From an uncultured delta proteobacterium (GTDB lineage Bacteria > Myxococcota_A > Polyangia > Polyangiales > JAFGIB01): a stretch of 64,000 nucleotides of DNA. Of the stretch, positions 29,517-42,900 are shown one piece after another. Where the stretch lies: assembly GCA_963778655.1 (NCBI GenBank), contig CAVZVA010000003.1, positions 608,001 to 672,000 on the forward strand, read 5' to 3'. The position numbers and the translations under genes were made by a program. The notes under the pieces are model-generated. The model made no database searches. It had not been told where the DNA came from and was given only the letters and a program-made list of their open reading frames with translations. The number at the start of each line of letters is the position of its first letter. Positions within the stretch are counted from its first letter, which is position 1.

Positions 29517-30702
29517 GTCGAAACGGACGAGCGCGGCGGCCCGCTGCGGCGTGGCGCTGCTGCTGTGTGCGAGTGGCTGTGCGGCCGATGCCGCCCGCTG
29601 CCCGGACGCGACCGGCGTGGTCTGCACCTGGGCCGGCAACGGCAAGCTCGGCTTCAACGGCGACGGCCAGGCGCTGACCGAATCCGACTTCTACTGGCCG
29701 ATCGACCTCACCATCGATCAAGACCTCGGGACCTATATCGTCGACTGGAACAACCACCGCGTACGCAAGGTGACGAAGAAGGGCACGCTCGAGACGGTGA
29801 TCGGTACCGATTTCGTCGGCGACGGTCCCGACGACCTCTCCGATCAGCAGCCGCCGGGCGCCCCGGGCACCGACGTCAACCTCAACCACCCGACCGAGAT
29901 CGTGCCGATGCCGGACGGCACCATGACGCTGGTGGCCTGGCACAACCACAAGCTGCGCCGCTACGACCCGCGCACGGGGCTGGTCACGGTGAGCTGCGGC
30001 GGAGCACCCGGCTTCAGCGGCGACGGCGGCTCCGCGCGCAAGGCCAAGCTCAATCAACCGAGCCAGCTCGCGGTCAGCGACGACGGCGTGCAGTACGTGC
30101 TCGACCAGCGCAACCAGGTGATCCGCCGCATCGACGCCGACGACGTGATCACCACGCTGGCCGGAACGCCGGTCACGCCCGGCTTCGCGGGCGACGGCGG
30201 ACCGGCCGATCAGGCCGAGCTGAGCTTCCCCGCCGGCTCCAATCCGCAGCCCGCAGGCGGGTTGGCGCTCGACGGCAAGGGCAAGCTGTATGTAGCGGAC
30301 ACGCTCAACAATCGCATCCGCGTGATCGATCTGGAGAGCGGCGAGATCACCACCGTCGCGGGCACCGGCGAGGCCGGCTTCGGCGGCGACGGCGGGCCAG
30401 CGCTGTCGGCCAAGCTCAACTCCCCGCACAAGCTCACCTTCGGCCCGGACGGGCGGCTGTACGTGGGCGATCAGCTCAACAACCGCATCCGCGCCATCGA
30501 CCTGAAGAAGGGCACGATCACGACGGTCGCCGGCAACGGCAAGCAGGGCTTCAACGGCGACGGCATGCCGCCCGAGGACACCCAGCTCAACAAGCCCATC
30601 GGCGTCAGCTTCGACCAGGACGGCGCGATGTACGTCATCGACACCTACAACTCGCGGATTCGGCGTGTGTTGCCCGCGCAGAGCAAGGCGGGGGCACCAT
30701 GA
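29500..30702 (+). CDS. NHL-repeat lipoprotein
   Basis: ASGC lipobox; repeated AGxG..GFxGDGGPA..A.LN.P and D..NNRIR. Confidence 0.9.
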   Translation: MRLHRESKRTSAAARCGVALLLCASGCAADAARCPDATGVVCTWAGNGKLGFNGDGQALTESDFYWPIDLTIDQDLGTYIVDWNNHRVRKVTKKGTLETVIGTDFVGDGPDDLSDQQPPGAPGTDVNLNHPTEIVPMPDGTMTLVAWHNHKLRRYDPRTGLVTVSCGGAPGFSGDGGSARKAKLNQPSQLAVSDDGVQYVLDQRNQVIRRIDADDVITTLAGTPVTPGFAGDGGPADQAELSFPAGSNPQPAGGLALDGKGKLYVADTLNNRIRVIDLESGEITTVAGTGEAGFGGDGGPALSAKLNSPHKLTFGPDGRLYVGDQLNNRIRAIDLKKGTITTVAGNGKQGFNGDGMPPEDTQLNKPIGVSFDQDGAMYVIDTYNSRIRRVLPAQSKAGAP

Positions 30703-32000
30703 CGGCTCGTGCTGGAAGAGGGCTTGCGCTGACGGCGGCGCTTTGGCTGTTGGGCGGCTGCGCGGCCAACAGCGGCGGCGGCGATGCCATGCAGGGGTGC
30801 GGCGGCGACGACGGCACGATCTGCACGTATATGGGCACCGGCGAGGCCGCGCTCGGCATGGACGGCTTGCCCCCGCTCGAGGTCGCGCTGTATCTGCCGC
30901 AGGATCTGACCTTCGGCCCGGACGGCAAGCCGTACGTGCTCGACTGGAACAACCACCGCGTGCGCACCGTGACCGACGGCAAGGTCGAGACCATCATCGG
31001 CACCGGCGAGCTCGGCGACGCACCGGACGGCCCCGCGCTGCGCGCTTCGCTCAACCACCCCACCCACGTCAGCTTCGACGATCAGGGCCGCCTGATCATG
31101 TCGGCCTGGCACAACTCGAAGGTGATGCGCTACGACTTCAGCACCAAGCTGCTGACCACGCTGTGCGGCGACGGCAAGCGGGACTACGGCGGAGACGACG
31201 GCCCGGCGAGCAAGGCCATCCTCGACCTGCCCACGGCGACTGCGTTCGACAGCCAGGGGCGCATGCTGATCATGGATCAAGGCAATCAGCGCATCCGCCG
31301 GGTCGACGAGAATGACATCATCACCACCATCGTGGGGCCGAACAAAGACTTCGAGCCGATGCCGGACGGGCTGGAGAAGGTCTGCGCAGACGACCCGGAC
31401 ACCGGCGCACAGAGCTGCAAGCTGTGCTTGCCTGCCGAGGCGGCCGATCCGATGTGTACGGCGCAGAAACCCCAGGGCTTCGCCGGCGATGGGGGGCCCG
31501 CGACGCAGGCGTTGATGTACCAGCGCTACAGCCAGGCGGCCGATCCCGAAGGCCGCATGGAGATCGCCCCCGACGACACGCTGTACTTCTGCGACACCGG
31601 CAACAACCGCGTGCGTGCGGTCAGCCCGGACGGGATCATCACCACCGTGGCGGGCAGCGGGCCGGACCACTACGACCCCACCTTCAAGGGCGGCTATTCC
31701 GGCGACGGCGGACCGGCGACCGAGGCGCTGCTCAAGAACCCGATCGACGTGGCGGTGGGCAAGAACAAGGTGCTCTTCATCGCCGACACGCAGAACAGCT
31801 GTGTACGCAAGGTCGACACCAAGGGCATCATCAGCACCATCGCCGGCAAGTGCGGCAAGCGCGGCTTCGCCGGCGACGGCGGCCCCGCGAGCAAGGCGCT
31901 GCTCGATCGGCCCTACGGCGTCACCCTCGACAAGCACGGCAATCTCTACATCGCCGACACGCACAACCACCGCATCCGCGTGGTCTACGGCGTGGAGTAG
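30699..32000 (+). CDS. NHL-repeat lipoprotein (paralog of the upstream gene)
   Basis: LGGC lipobox; DWNNHRVR, LNHPT and AWHN shared with the upstream gene; GDGGPA repeats. Confidence 0.9.
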   Translation: MTARAGRGLALTAALWLLGGCAANSGGGDAMQGCGGDDGTICTYMGTGEAALGMDGLPPLEVALYLPQDLTFGPDGKPYVLDWNNHRVRTVTDGKVETIIGTGELGDAPDGPALRASLNHPTHVSFDDQGRLIMSAWHNSKVMRYDFSTKLLTTLCGDGKRDYGGDDGPASKAILDLPTATAFDSQGRMLIMDQGNQRIRRVDENDIITTIVGPNKDFEPMPDGLEKVCADDPDTGAQSCKLCLPAEAADPMCTAQKPQGFAGDGGPATQALMYQRYSQAADPEGRMEIAPDDTLYFCDTGNNRVRAVSPDGIITTVAGSGPDHYDPTFKGGYSGDGGPATEALLKNPIDVAVGKNKVLFIADTQNSCVRKVDTKGIISTIAGKCGKRGFAGDGGPASKALLDRPYGVTLDKHGNLYIADTHNHRIRVVYGVE

Positions 32001-32056
32001 CGGCCGCTCGCCCGTTCGGGTCCGTTTCCGTCGGCGCAGGGCCGGACCCGGAGCTC

Positions 32057-32120
32057 ACAGGAAGGCGCGCAGGCGGGAAGCAGGAGACCGCGGGTTCTTC
32101 CCGTCTTCCCGCCTTCCTGT
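32057..32120. repeat. Repeat family C, REP-like palindrome
   Basis: ACAGGAAGGCG..AGGCGGGAAG ... CTTCCCGTCTTCCCGCCTTCCTGT. Confidence 0.8.
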
Positions 32121-32159
32121 TGCATTCCCGGGGCCGCCCGCGAGCAGGAATCCAGCCTA

Positions 32160-32200
32160 ATCCGATCGGGAATTGACAAAATCGGATCCTGGGCCACAAT
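32160..32200 (+). promoter_or_regulatory. Putative sigma70 promoter with inverted-repeat operator
   Basis: TTGACA(32173)-N16-CACAAT; ATCCGAT-N14-ATCGGAT brackets the -35. Confidence 0.6.
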
Positions 32201-32260
32201 CGCCCGGAGCTCGCGGCCGGCTGCTGTCGGTCCGTTGTTGTCTTTCAAAAGGTGGAAAGC

Positions 32261-34537
<2,277 letters not shown>

Positions 34538-34551
34538 GGACACGCGACCCG

Positions 34552-35130
34552 ATGGATGCCAAGCGTTTGGATCTGAAGCTGTTCGCGACGCGCAGCGATG
34601 GTGTGGAGCTGGCGCACCTGATCCCCGTGTTCCACGGCTGGATCCAGCGCGGCGCGATCAAGGACCAGCTGCTGATCGACGTGGCCGACTACTCGCACGT
34701 GGTCGACGGGCCGGGCGTGTTGCTGGTCGGACACGAGGCCCACTACGGCTACGAGCGCCAGGCCGGGCGCGACGGGCTGCTCTACAGCCAGCGCCGCGCG
34801 CCGGTCGAAGGCGGTTTCGTCGAGCGGCTGCGCTACGCGCTGCTGCACGCGCTGCGTGCCGCGTCGCTGCTGCAGCAGGACGAAGCGCTGGCGGGCAAGC
34901 TGAGGTTCGGCGGGCAGGAGCTGGTGTTGCGCATCAACGACCGGTTGGCCGCGCCGAACGCGCCCGAGACCTTTGCGGCGGTCGAGCCGGCGCTGCGCGA
35001 GCTGCTGAGCCCGCTGCTCGGATCCGGGCTGAGCCTGCAGCCCGGCGCCCCCGGTGCCGAGCTGTTCGCGCTGCACGCCCGCGCCGAGCAGCCGGTCGCG
35101 GTGGACACGCTGCTGGCGCGGCTGGCCTAG
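34552..35130 (+). CDS. Hypothetical protein in operon with the reductase
   Basis: GAGGA RBS, typical codon usage; IPVFHGWIQ, LIDVADYSHV..GPGVLLVGHE. Confidence 0.75.
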   Translation: MDAKRLDLKLFATRSDGVELAHLIPVFHGWIQRGAIKDQLLIDVADYSHVVDGPGVLLVGHEAHYGYERQAGRDGLLYSQRRAPVEGGFVERLRYALLHALRAASLLQQDEALAGKLRFGGQELVLRINDRLAAPNAPETFAAVEPALRELLSPLLGSGLSLQPGAPGAELFALHARAEQPVAVDTLLARLA

Positions 35131-35166
35131 CCAGCTCCCGTCCAGAGACGGCGCTTCGGAGGATTC

Positions 35167-35224
35167 AACCGGAAGACGGGAAGGCCAGTAGAACAAGATA
35201 CTCCGGGCTTCCCGCCTTCCTGTT
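35167..35224. repeat. Repeat family C, REP-like palindrome
   Basis: AACCGGAAGACGGGAAG ... CTTCCCGCCTTCCTGTT. Confidence 0.8.
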
Positions 35225-35276
35225 CTCTTGGCCCCAGGGTCGCTGCATTCGCCCTCAAAGCGCCCCGGGAGTGGCT

Positions 35277-35316
35277 TTGACAAGCGCGCGGCCATCAAGT
35301 ATACACTGATGTATAC
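35277..35316 (+). promoter_or_regulatory. Sigma70 promoter with overlapping perfect 7-4-7 operator
   Basis: TTGACA-N17-TATACA; GTATACA-ctga-TGTATAC at 35299-35316. Confidence 0.75.
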
Positions 35317-35387
35317 CCGTCAGTGGCCGGCGCTTGGTAGGCCGCGTCCCTGAGGCGCCCGCAGCCGCCGGCGCAGTGGAGAGCCCG

Positions 35388-36497
35388 ATGTACGCGTTCG
35401 ACCCGACCGAAGAGCAGCAGATGATCCTGGACACGGCGCGCGAGTTCGCGCGCAAGCAGATGGCGCCCAAGGCGCACGACGCCGATGAGGCGGCCGCGCT
35501 GCCCGCGGGTTTCCTTGAGCAAGCGTGGGAGCTCGGGCTGGCCGTGGCCGCGATTCCCGAGAAGTACAACGGTGCGGCCATGCCGCGCTCGGCGGTCACC
35601 GGCGCGCTGCTGCTGGAGGAGCTGGGCGCGGGCGACCTGGCGATGGCGCTGGCGATGCTGGCGCCCGCCACGTTCGCCTATCCGATCCTCGACTACGGCA
35701 CCGAGGCCCAGAAGGACAAGTGGCTCGCGCGCTGCACCGCGTCCAGCGTGCCCAAGCTCACCGCCGCGCTGGTCGAGCCCAGCATGGACTTCGACCCCAC
35801 CGCGCTCGGCTGCCGCGCGCAGAAGAGCGGCGACGGCTACGAGCTGAGCGGCCAGAAGTGCTTCGTCCCCAACGGCGCCACAGCCGAGGCGTTCCTGGTC
35901 TACGCGCGCGAGGGCGAGGCCGAGGGCTTCAAGGGTGTGCAGGCGTTCATCGTGCCGCGCGACACCCCGGGACTGAAGCTCGGCGAGCGCGAGAAGAACA
36001 TGGGGGTGCTCGCGCTGGACAGCGTCGAGCTGGCGCTGGACGGCGTGAAGCTGCCGGCGGACGCACGCGTGGGCGGCGCGGCGGGCATCGATTTCGAGCG
36101 CATCATGAGCTATTCGCGCGTGGCGCTGGCCGCACTGGCGCTGGGCGTCGCGCGCGCCGCCTACGAGCACTCGGTCGACTACGCCAAGGAGCGCAAGACC
36201 TTCGGGCGGCCGATCGCGACGCGCCAGGCGATCGCGTTCTCGGTCGCGGACATGCGCATCGAGCTCGACGCCGCGCGCATGCTGGTGTGGGAGGCGGCCT
36301 GGCGGCTCGACAAGGGCGAGACGGCCACCAAGGAAACCTACCTCGCCAAGCTCTACGCCGACGAGATGGTGCTCAAGGTGACCGACGACGCCGTGCTGGT
36401 GATGGGCGGCCACGGGTTCATCCGCGAAAACCCGGTCGAGCGCTGGCTGCGCAACGGCCGCGGCTTCGCCGCCTTCGAGGGACTCGCGCTGGTCTAG
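35388..36497 (+). CDS. Acyl-CoA dehydrogenase
   Basis: ALVEP, LSGQKCFV, EKNMG, ERKTFGRPIATRQAIAF, GGHGFIRENPVERW. Confidence 0.95.
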   Translation: MYAFDPTEEQQMILDTAREFARKQMAPKAHDADEAAALPAGFLEQAWELGLAVAAIPEKYNGAAMPRSAVTGALLLEELGAGDLAMALAMLAPATFAYPILDYGTEAQKDKWLARCTASSVPKLTAALVEPSMDFDPTALGCRAQKSGDGYELSGQKCFVPNGATAEAFLVYAREGEAEGFKGVQAFIVPRDTPGLKLGEREKNMGVLALDSVELALDGVKLPADARVGGAAGIDFERIMSYSRVALAALALGVARAAYEHSVDYAKERKTFGRPIATRQAIAFSVADMRIELDAARMLVWEAAWRLDKGETATKETYLAKLYADEMVLKVTDDAVLVMGGHGFIRENPVERWLRNGRGFAAFEGLALV

Positions 36498-36623
36498 AAC
36501 GTGACGAACAAGCGACATCACAACCCGGCGCAGCCGGGCCCGCGTTGGGTGGGGCCTCATCGAATTCACTTCGAAGGGGCTGGGCCGCAAGGCCGGCGCG
36601 CCGCCCGGCAATAAGGAGCAGTC

Positions 36624-37868
36624 ATGCCGATCAACTTTCAGCACAATGAGTACATCCAGGGCGTGGCCGACGGTCTGGCGCAGATCGCGAAGACGGTGAT
36701 GCGGCCGATCACGCGCGAGGTCGACGAGGGCGAGCACCACCGCGAGCCGGTCGAGTACTTCACGACCATGTGGGACATCCTGAAAGCGATGGGCGGTGGC
36801 GCCGCGGCCTCACCGGTAATGGGCGCGCGCCAGAGCGGCGACAAGCGCACGCGGACAGGCAACGTGCTCAGCATCGTGTTCGTCGAGACGCTGGCGTGGG
36901 GCGACTGCGGCATGTACTTGTCGACGCCGATGCCGCTGCTGGGCGGCGCGGCCGTGGGCGCGGCGGGCACGCCCGAACAGAAGGAACGCTTTCTCAAGCG
37001 CTTTAGCGACGGCAAACCGAAGTGGGCGGCGATGGCCATCACCGAGCCGGGCGCGGGCTCGGACGCGGGCGCGATCACGACCACCGCGCGCCTGGATGGC
37101 GACCACTGGGTGCTCAACGGCGAGAAGATCTTCGTCACTGCCGGCAAGCGCGCGGTGGCGGACTCCGAGGGCTTCGTGGTGGTGTGGGCGACCGTGGACA
37201 AGAAAGCGGGGCGCGCGGGCATCAAGTCGTTCGTGGTCGACCACCACACGCCGGGGATGACCGTGGTCAAGATCGAGAAGAAGCACGGCATCCGCTGTTC
37301 GGACACAGCCGCGATCGTGTTCGACAACTGCCGCGTTCCCAAGGAGAACGTGCTTGGCGACGCCGAGGTCAAGACCCAGACCACCGAGGGCTTCAAGGGC
37401 GCGATGGCGACCTTCGACGCCACGCGGCCACCGGTGGCGGCGAGCGCGGTGGGCGTGGGCCGCGCGGCGCTCGAGGCGCTCGAGGAGCAGCTCGAGGCCA
37501 AAGGTGAGAAGCCTCGCTACGGGATCGCGCCGAACAAGCTGAGCGCGCGCGAGCGGGACCTGATGCTGATGCAGGCCAAGGTGAAGGCGTCGTGGCTGCT
37601 CACGGTCAAGGCCTCCTGGATGGCCGACATGGGCGAGCCGAACAACCTCGAGGCCAGCATCTGCAAGTGCAAGGCCGGTCGCGATATGGTGTGGGTGTGC
37701 CAGAAGGCGGTCGAGCTGATGGGCCCGCTCGGTTACTCGCGCAAGTACCTGTTCGAGAAGTGGATGCGCGACAGCAAGATCGGCGACATCTACGAGGGCA
37801 CCCAGCAGATCCAGAAGCTGGTGGTCGCGCGCCGCATCTTCGGCTACAGCCGCGAAGAGCTGGCCTGA
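36624..37868 (+). CDS. Acyl-CoA dehydrogenase
   Basis: MAITEPGAGSD, LNGEKIFVT, GIRCSDTA, MRDSKIGDIYEGTQQIQ; AAGGAG RBS. Confidence 0.95.
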   Translation: MPINFQHNEYIQGVADGLAQIAKTVMRPITREVDEGEHHREPVEYFTTMWDILKAMGGGAAASPVMGARQSGDKRTRTGNVLSIVFVETLAWGDCGMYLSTPMPLLGGAAVGAAGTPEQKERFLKRFSDGKPKWAAMAITEPGAGSDAGAITTTARLDGDHWVLNGEKIFVTAGKRAVADSEGFVVVWATVDKKAGRAGIKSFVVDHHTPGMTVVKIEKKHGIRCSDTAAIVFDNCRVPKENVLGDAEVKTQTTEGFKGAMATFDATRPPVAASAVGVGRAALEALEEQLEAKGEKPRYGIAPNKLSARERDLMLMQAKVKASWLLTVKASWMADMGEPNNLEASICKCKAGRDMVWVCQKAVELMGPLGYSRKYLFEKWMRDSKIGDIYEGTQQIQKLVVARRIFGYSREELA

Positions 37869-37902
37869 TCGCTTCGCAGCGCGCCCTGGCGCAGGAAGAT
37901 TC

Positions 37903-37939
37903 ACAGGAAGACGAGGAACTTACTCCCGGCTTCCTGTTG
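37903..37939. repeat. Repeat family C, short copy
   Basis: ACAGGAAGACG ... CGGCTTCCTGTTG. Confidence 0.65.
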
Positions 37940-38085
37940 TCCCCTCTTCCAAAGCGCGACGCTGGGCACAACGTGTGTGCTGGTGGTTGCGGATGCCACG
38001 TTTGCTCCGCAATGGCCCGCTCGAAGGCGCGAAGCGGTTGCGATCCTGGGGGGGGCGAGCGAGGCTGTAAACGCGGAGTGCGGTA

Positions 38086-39000
<915 letters not shown>

Positions 39001-39010
39001 TTCAGGTTGA

Positions 39011-39050
39011 CGGGAGGGGCTCGCGCCCTCCCGCCGCACCGGCAAAGCCC
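39011..39050. repeat. Repeat family B, truncated copy
   Basis: CGGGAGGGGCTCGCGCCCTCCCGCCGCACCGGCAAAGCC. Confidence 0.7.
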
Positions 39051-39068
39051 ACCGGCCGTGGTACAAGG

Positions 39069-39767
39069 ATGACCATGGCCGAGGACAAGTTGCCGCGGAT
39101 CGTCGAGGCGCGCATGAAGCTCAAGGCGCGCTTCGAAGCCAAGACGGCGGGCACGCCATCGCTCGCGGATCCGCGGCCCATGGGCAGCGGCCCCGGCAAC
39201 CGGCACGGCATGCCCAAGTTGCCCGTCGGTCAGACCGAGTCGCGCAAGTGGCCGGTGCTCGACCTCGGCATCTCGCCCAAGGTCGACCGCGACAGCTTCA
39301 AGCTGATGGTCGACGGTGCGGTCGAGCACCCGTACGCGCTCGACTTCGCAGGCTTGCTCGCGCTGTCGCAGGTGCAGGACACGAGCGACTTTCACTGCGT
39401 GACCGCCTGGTCGCGCATGGACCTGCGCTGGATCGGCGTGCGCCTGTCGGATGCGCTCGCCCTGGCCGAGCCGAAACCCAGCGCCACGCACCTGATGTGC
39501 CACGGCTCCGATGGCTACAGCACCAACCTCTCGCTCGAGGAAGCGCTCAAGCCCGACGTGCTGCTCGCCCACAGCGTCGACGGCGAGCCGTTGCCCCACG
39601 AGCACGGCGGGCCAGTGCGCGTGATCACCCCGCAGCTCTACGCCTGGAAGGGCGCCAAGTGGATCTGCCGCCTCGAGCTGCTCAGCGCCAACGCCCCAGG
39701 CTTCTGGGAGCAGCGCGGCTACTCCAACACCGCGCTGCCCTGGCGCAACGACCGCTACGACCGCTGA
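39069..39767 (+). CDS. Sulfite-oxidase-like molybdopterin oxidoreductase
   Basis: LPVGQ..KWPVLDLG, DFHCVTAWS, YSTNL, HGGPVR..YAWKGAKW, GFWEQRGY. Confidence 0.92.
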   Translation: MTMAEDKLPRIVEARMKLKARFEAKTAGTPSLADPRPMGSGPGNRHGMPKLPVGQTESRKWPVLDLGISPKVDRDSFKLMVDGAVEHPYALDFAGLLALSQVQDTSDFHCVTAWSRMDLRWIGVRLSDALALAEPKPSATHLMCHGSDGYSTNLSLEEALKPDVLLAHSVDGEPLPHEHGGPVRVITPQLYAWKGAKWICRLELLSANAPGFWEQRGYSNTALPWRNDRYDR

Positions 39768-39964
39768 TCGCGATTCGCTTCGCGAGGGCTGTGCCATGTT
39801 GTGCCATGGCGCAGTCGGGGGCACCGCGGGCGGGTCGTAACTCGGCTCTGTCGTTCGCCCGCGGCAGCGCGTACACGCGGCCCGCCGCCCTTCCCCATTG
39901 CGCCGGCGTGCCCCGACCGGGCAGGATCTTTCGGACCCGTCATGCGTCCACGAGGGGCAGGGAC

Positions 39965-42900
39965 ATGAATAGAGCGAGTGCCTGCGCATTCGGCTGTGCG
40001 CTGTGGTGTGTGATGACTGCGGGGCCGGCCTTGGCCGCGCCGCCCGTGGAGGTTCCCGGGCCGCTGCAGCCGTGGGTGCCGTGGGTGCTGGCCGACGCGC
40101 CGGAGCACGCCTGCGCGTTCGAAGGCGATCGCGCGCTGTGCGTGTGGCCCGGACAGCTCGAGCTGCAGCTCGATGCGCACGGCGGGCGCTTCGCGCAGCG
40201 GGTGCAGCTCGACCGAGCGCAGGCGTTCGCGCTGCCCGGCAGCGCCGTCGCCTGGCCCAGTGCGGTGCGCGTCGACGGCCGCGCGGGAAGCGTGCTCGAC
40301 GACGGCGGCGTCCCCAGCGTGACGCTCGAGCCCGGCGTGCATCGCATCGAAGGTCGCTTCGAATGGAACGCGCTGCCCGAACGGCTTGCGCTCGGTGAGA
40401 CCACGGCCACGGTGGCGCTGCGCGTCGATGGCCAGCTGGTGCCCTTCCCGCGGCGCGATGAGGGGGGTGCGCTGTGGCTGCGCGGCACGGCGGCGAGCGG
40501 CGAGGAAGGCGACGAGCTCGCGCTCAGCGTCGCGCGCAAGCTTGAAGACGGCGTGCCGCTGCTCGTGACCACGCGCATCGATCTGCACGTGGCGGGGCGC
40601 GCGCGCGAGGTGAGCCTCGGCCGCGTGCTGCTCGACGGCACCGTGCCGCTGGCGGTCGAGGGCGAGCTACCGGCGCGGCTCGAGCCTGACGGCGAGCTGC
40701 GCTTGCAGGTGCGCGCGGGCAAGTACCGCGTCGAGGTGCGCGCGCGCAGCGAGGGCTCGCCCGCGGCGTTCGCCTACCGCCGCGGGGGCGCGAGCTGGCC
40801 GCAGAGCGAGGTCTGGGTGTTCCAGGCGGACGAGGCGCTGCGCCAGGTCGAGCTCTCGGGGGCACCGGCGATCGACCCGGCGCGCACCGAGCTCGATCCG
40901 GACTGGCGCTCGCTGCCGGCGTTCGCGCTGCGCGCAGGCGTTGCGCTGCACCTCGGCACCGTGCGCCGCGGCGAGAGCGCGCCGCCCCCCAATCGCATTG
41001 GGCTGTCGCGCGAGCTGTGGCTCGACCTCGATGGCCGCGGCTTTACCGCGCGCGACAACATCGACGCCCAGCTGCGCCAGGGCTTTCGCCTCGACCTGCT
41101 GCAAGGCGAGCTGGGACACGTGGCCGCTGGCGGTCAGGATCTGCTGATCACGCGCTCGCCCGACGGCAAGCACGCGGGCGTCGAGCTGCGCAGCGCGCAC
41201 CAGGCGCTGGTCGCGGAGTGGCGCACGAACAAGGCGGACGGGGTGCTGCCCGCGGTCGGCTGGTCCGAGGATGTGCAGTCGCTCTCGACCACGCTGCACC
41301 TCGGGCCCGGATTCAGCGTGCTGGCGGCGACCGGCGCCGACAGCGTCAGCCAGAGTTGGCTGCAGGACTGGGACCTGTTCGACTTCTTCTTCGTGCTGCT
41401 GATCGCGATTGCGGCCGGGCGGCTTTCGGGCTGGCCCGCCGCCGTGCTCGCGCTGGTCACGCTGGTGCTGTGTCATCAAGAACAGGAGGCACCGGCCGGG
41501 GCATGGTTCGCGTTGCTGGGCGCGATGGCGTTGCTGCGCGTGGTGCCCGCGGGCTGGTTCCGCAACCTGGTGCGCGTGGGGTACGCGCTCGCCGCGGTCA
41601 CTCTGTTGGTGATCGCGGTGCCGTTCGCGGTCGGTCAGATCCGCCAGGCGATCTATCCCCAGCTCGCGCAGGGCTGGGCTGGCTACAGCCAGCCGCCCAT
41701 GCTCGCGCGTCCGGCTGCGCCGCCGCTGATGAAGGCCGGCGCTGGGAGCGCTGCGATGAACGAGCCCGCCCCGGAGGCCGAAGCCGCCGCGCCGCAGAGC
41801 CAAGCAGCCGCGCGACCCGAGCCGAAGCTGATGAGGCAGGTCCGCAAGGCCGACCAGACGGTGGTGCAGAAGGCCGCGCCGGAATGGCTCGACGACAGCT
41901 ACACCGCGAGCCGAGCGCTGCAGCAAGATCCCGAAGCCAGCGTGCAGATGGGCCCAGGTGTGCCGCGCTGGCAGTGGCGCAGCTGGCAGCTGCGTTGGTC
42001 GGGGCCGGTGGAGAAGGGCCATCAGCTGCGGCTGTACCTGCTGTCGCCGGCGCAGAATCGCGTGCTGTCTCTGCTGCGTGTGGTGCTGTTGGCTGCGCTG
42101 CTGGCGCTGCTGCTGCGGCGCGCGACCCCTGGCCGCGACCGGCCGCAGCCCGCGCCCAAGTCGCCACCGCCCGCGGTCGCGGCGGCCGCCGTGCTGCTCG
42201 CGCTCGGCGCCGTGCTGTGCGGCGCGCGACCGGCGCGCGCGCAGCTGCCCGACAGCGAGCTGCTCTCCGAGCTGCGCACGCGCCTGACCAAGCCCGCCGA
42301 GTGCCGTCCGAGCTGCGCGTCGATCGACGAGCTGTCGCTCGACGTGAGCGATGCCGGGCTGGTGATGGTCGCCCACGTGCACGCGGGCGAGCGCACCGCG
42401 GTGCGCCTGCCGGGGCCGGCCGCAACCTGGACGCCGGCGCAGATCACGCTCGACCACAAGTCGGATGCGCCGGTTGCACTGCTCGAGGACGGCTTTCTGC
42501 ACGTGCGCGTCGAGCCGGGGGTGCACCTGGTCGAGCTGCGCGGCCCGCTGCCTGCGACCGACACGCTGACGCTGGCGTTCGCGGACCGTCCGCACCGGGC
42601 GCGGGTGCAGGCGCGCGGCTACAAGGTCGACGGCGTGCACGAAGACGGACGGGTGGAGCAGACGCTGCAGCTCAGCCGCGTGCTGTCTGCGACGCAGGGC
42701 AAGCCGCTGCAAGGCGCAGCGCTGCCGCCGTGGCTGCTGCTCGAGCGCGAGATCGCGCTCGGCCCGAGCTGGGAGGCGCACAACCGGCTGACGCGCGTGA
42801 CGCCGGCAGGCACGCCGATCATGGTGCGGGTGCCCCTGCTCGCGGGCGAGGCGGTTACCGACGATTCGCTGCAGGTGGTCGGCGGCGAGCTGCAGGTGTC

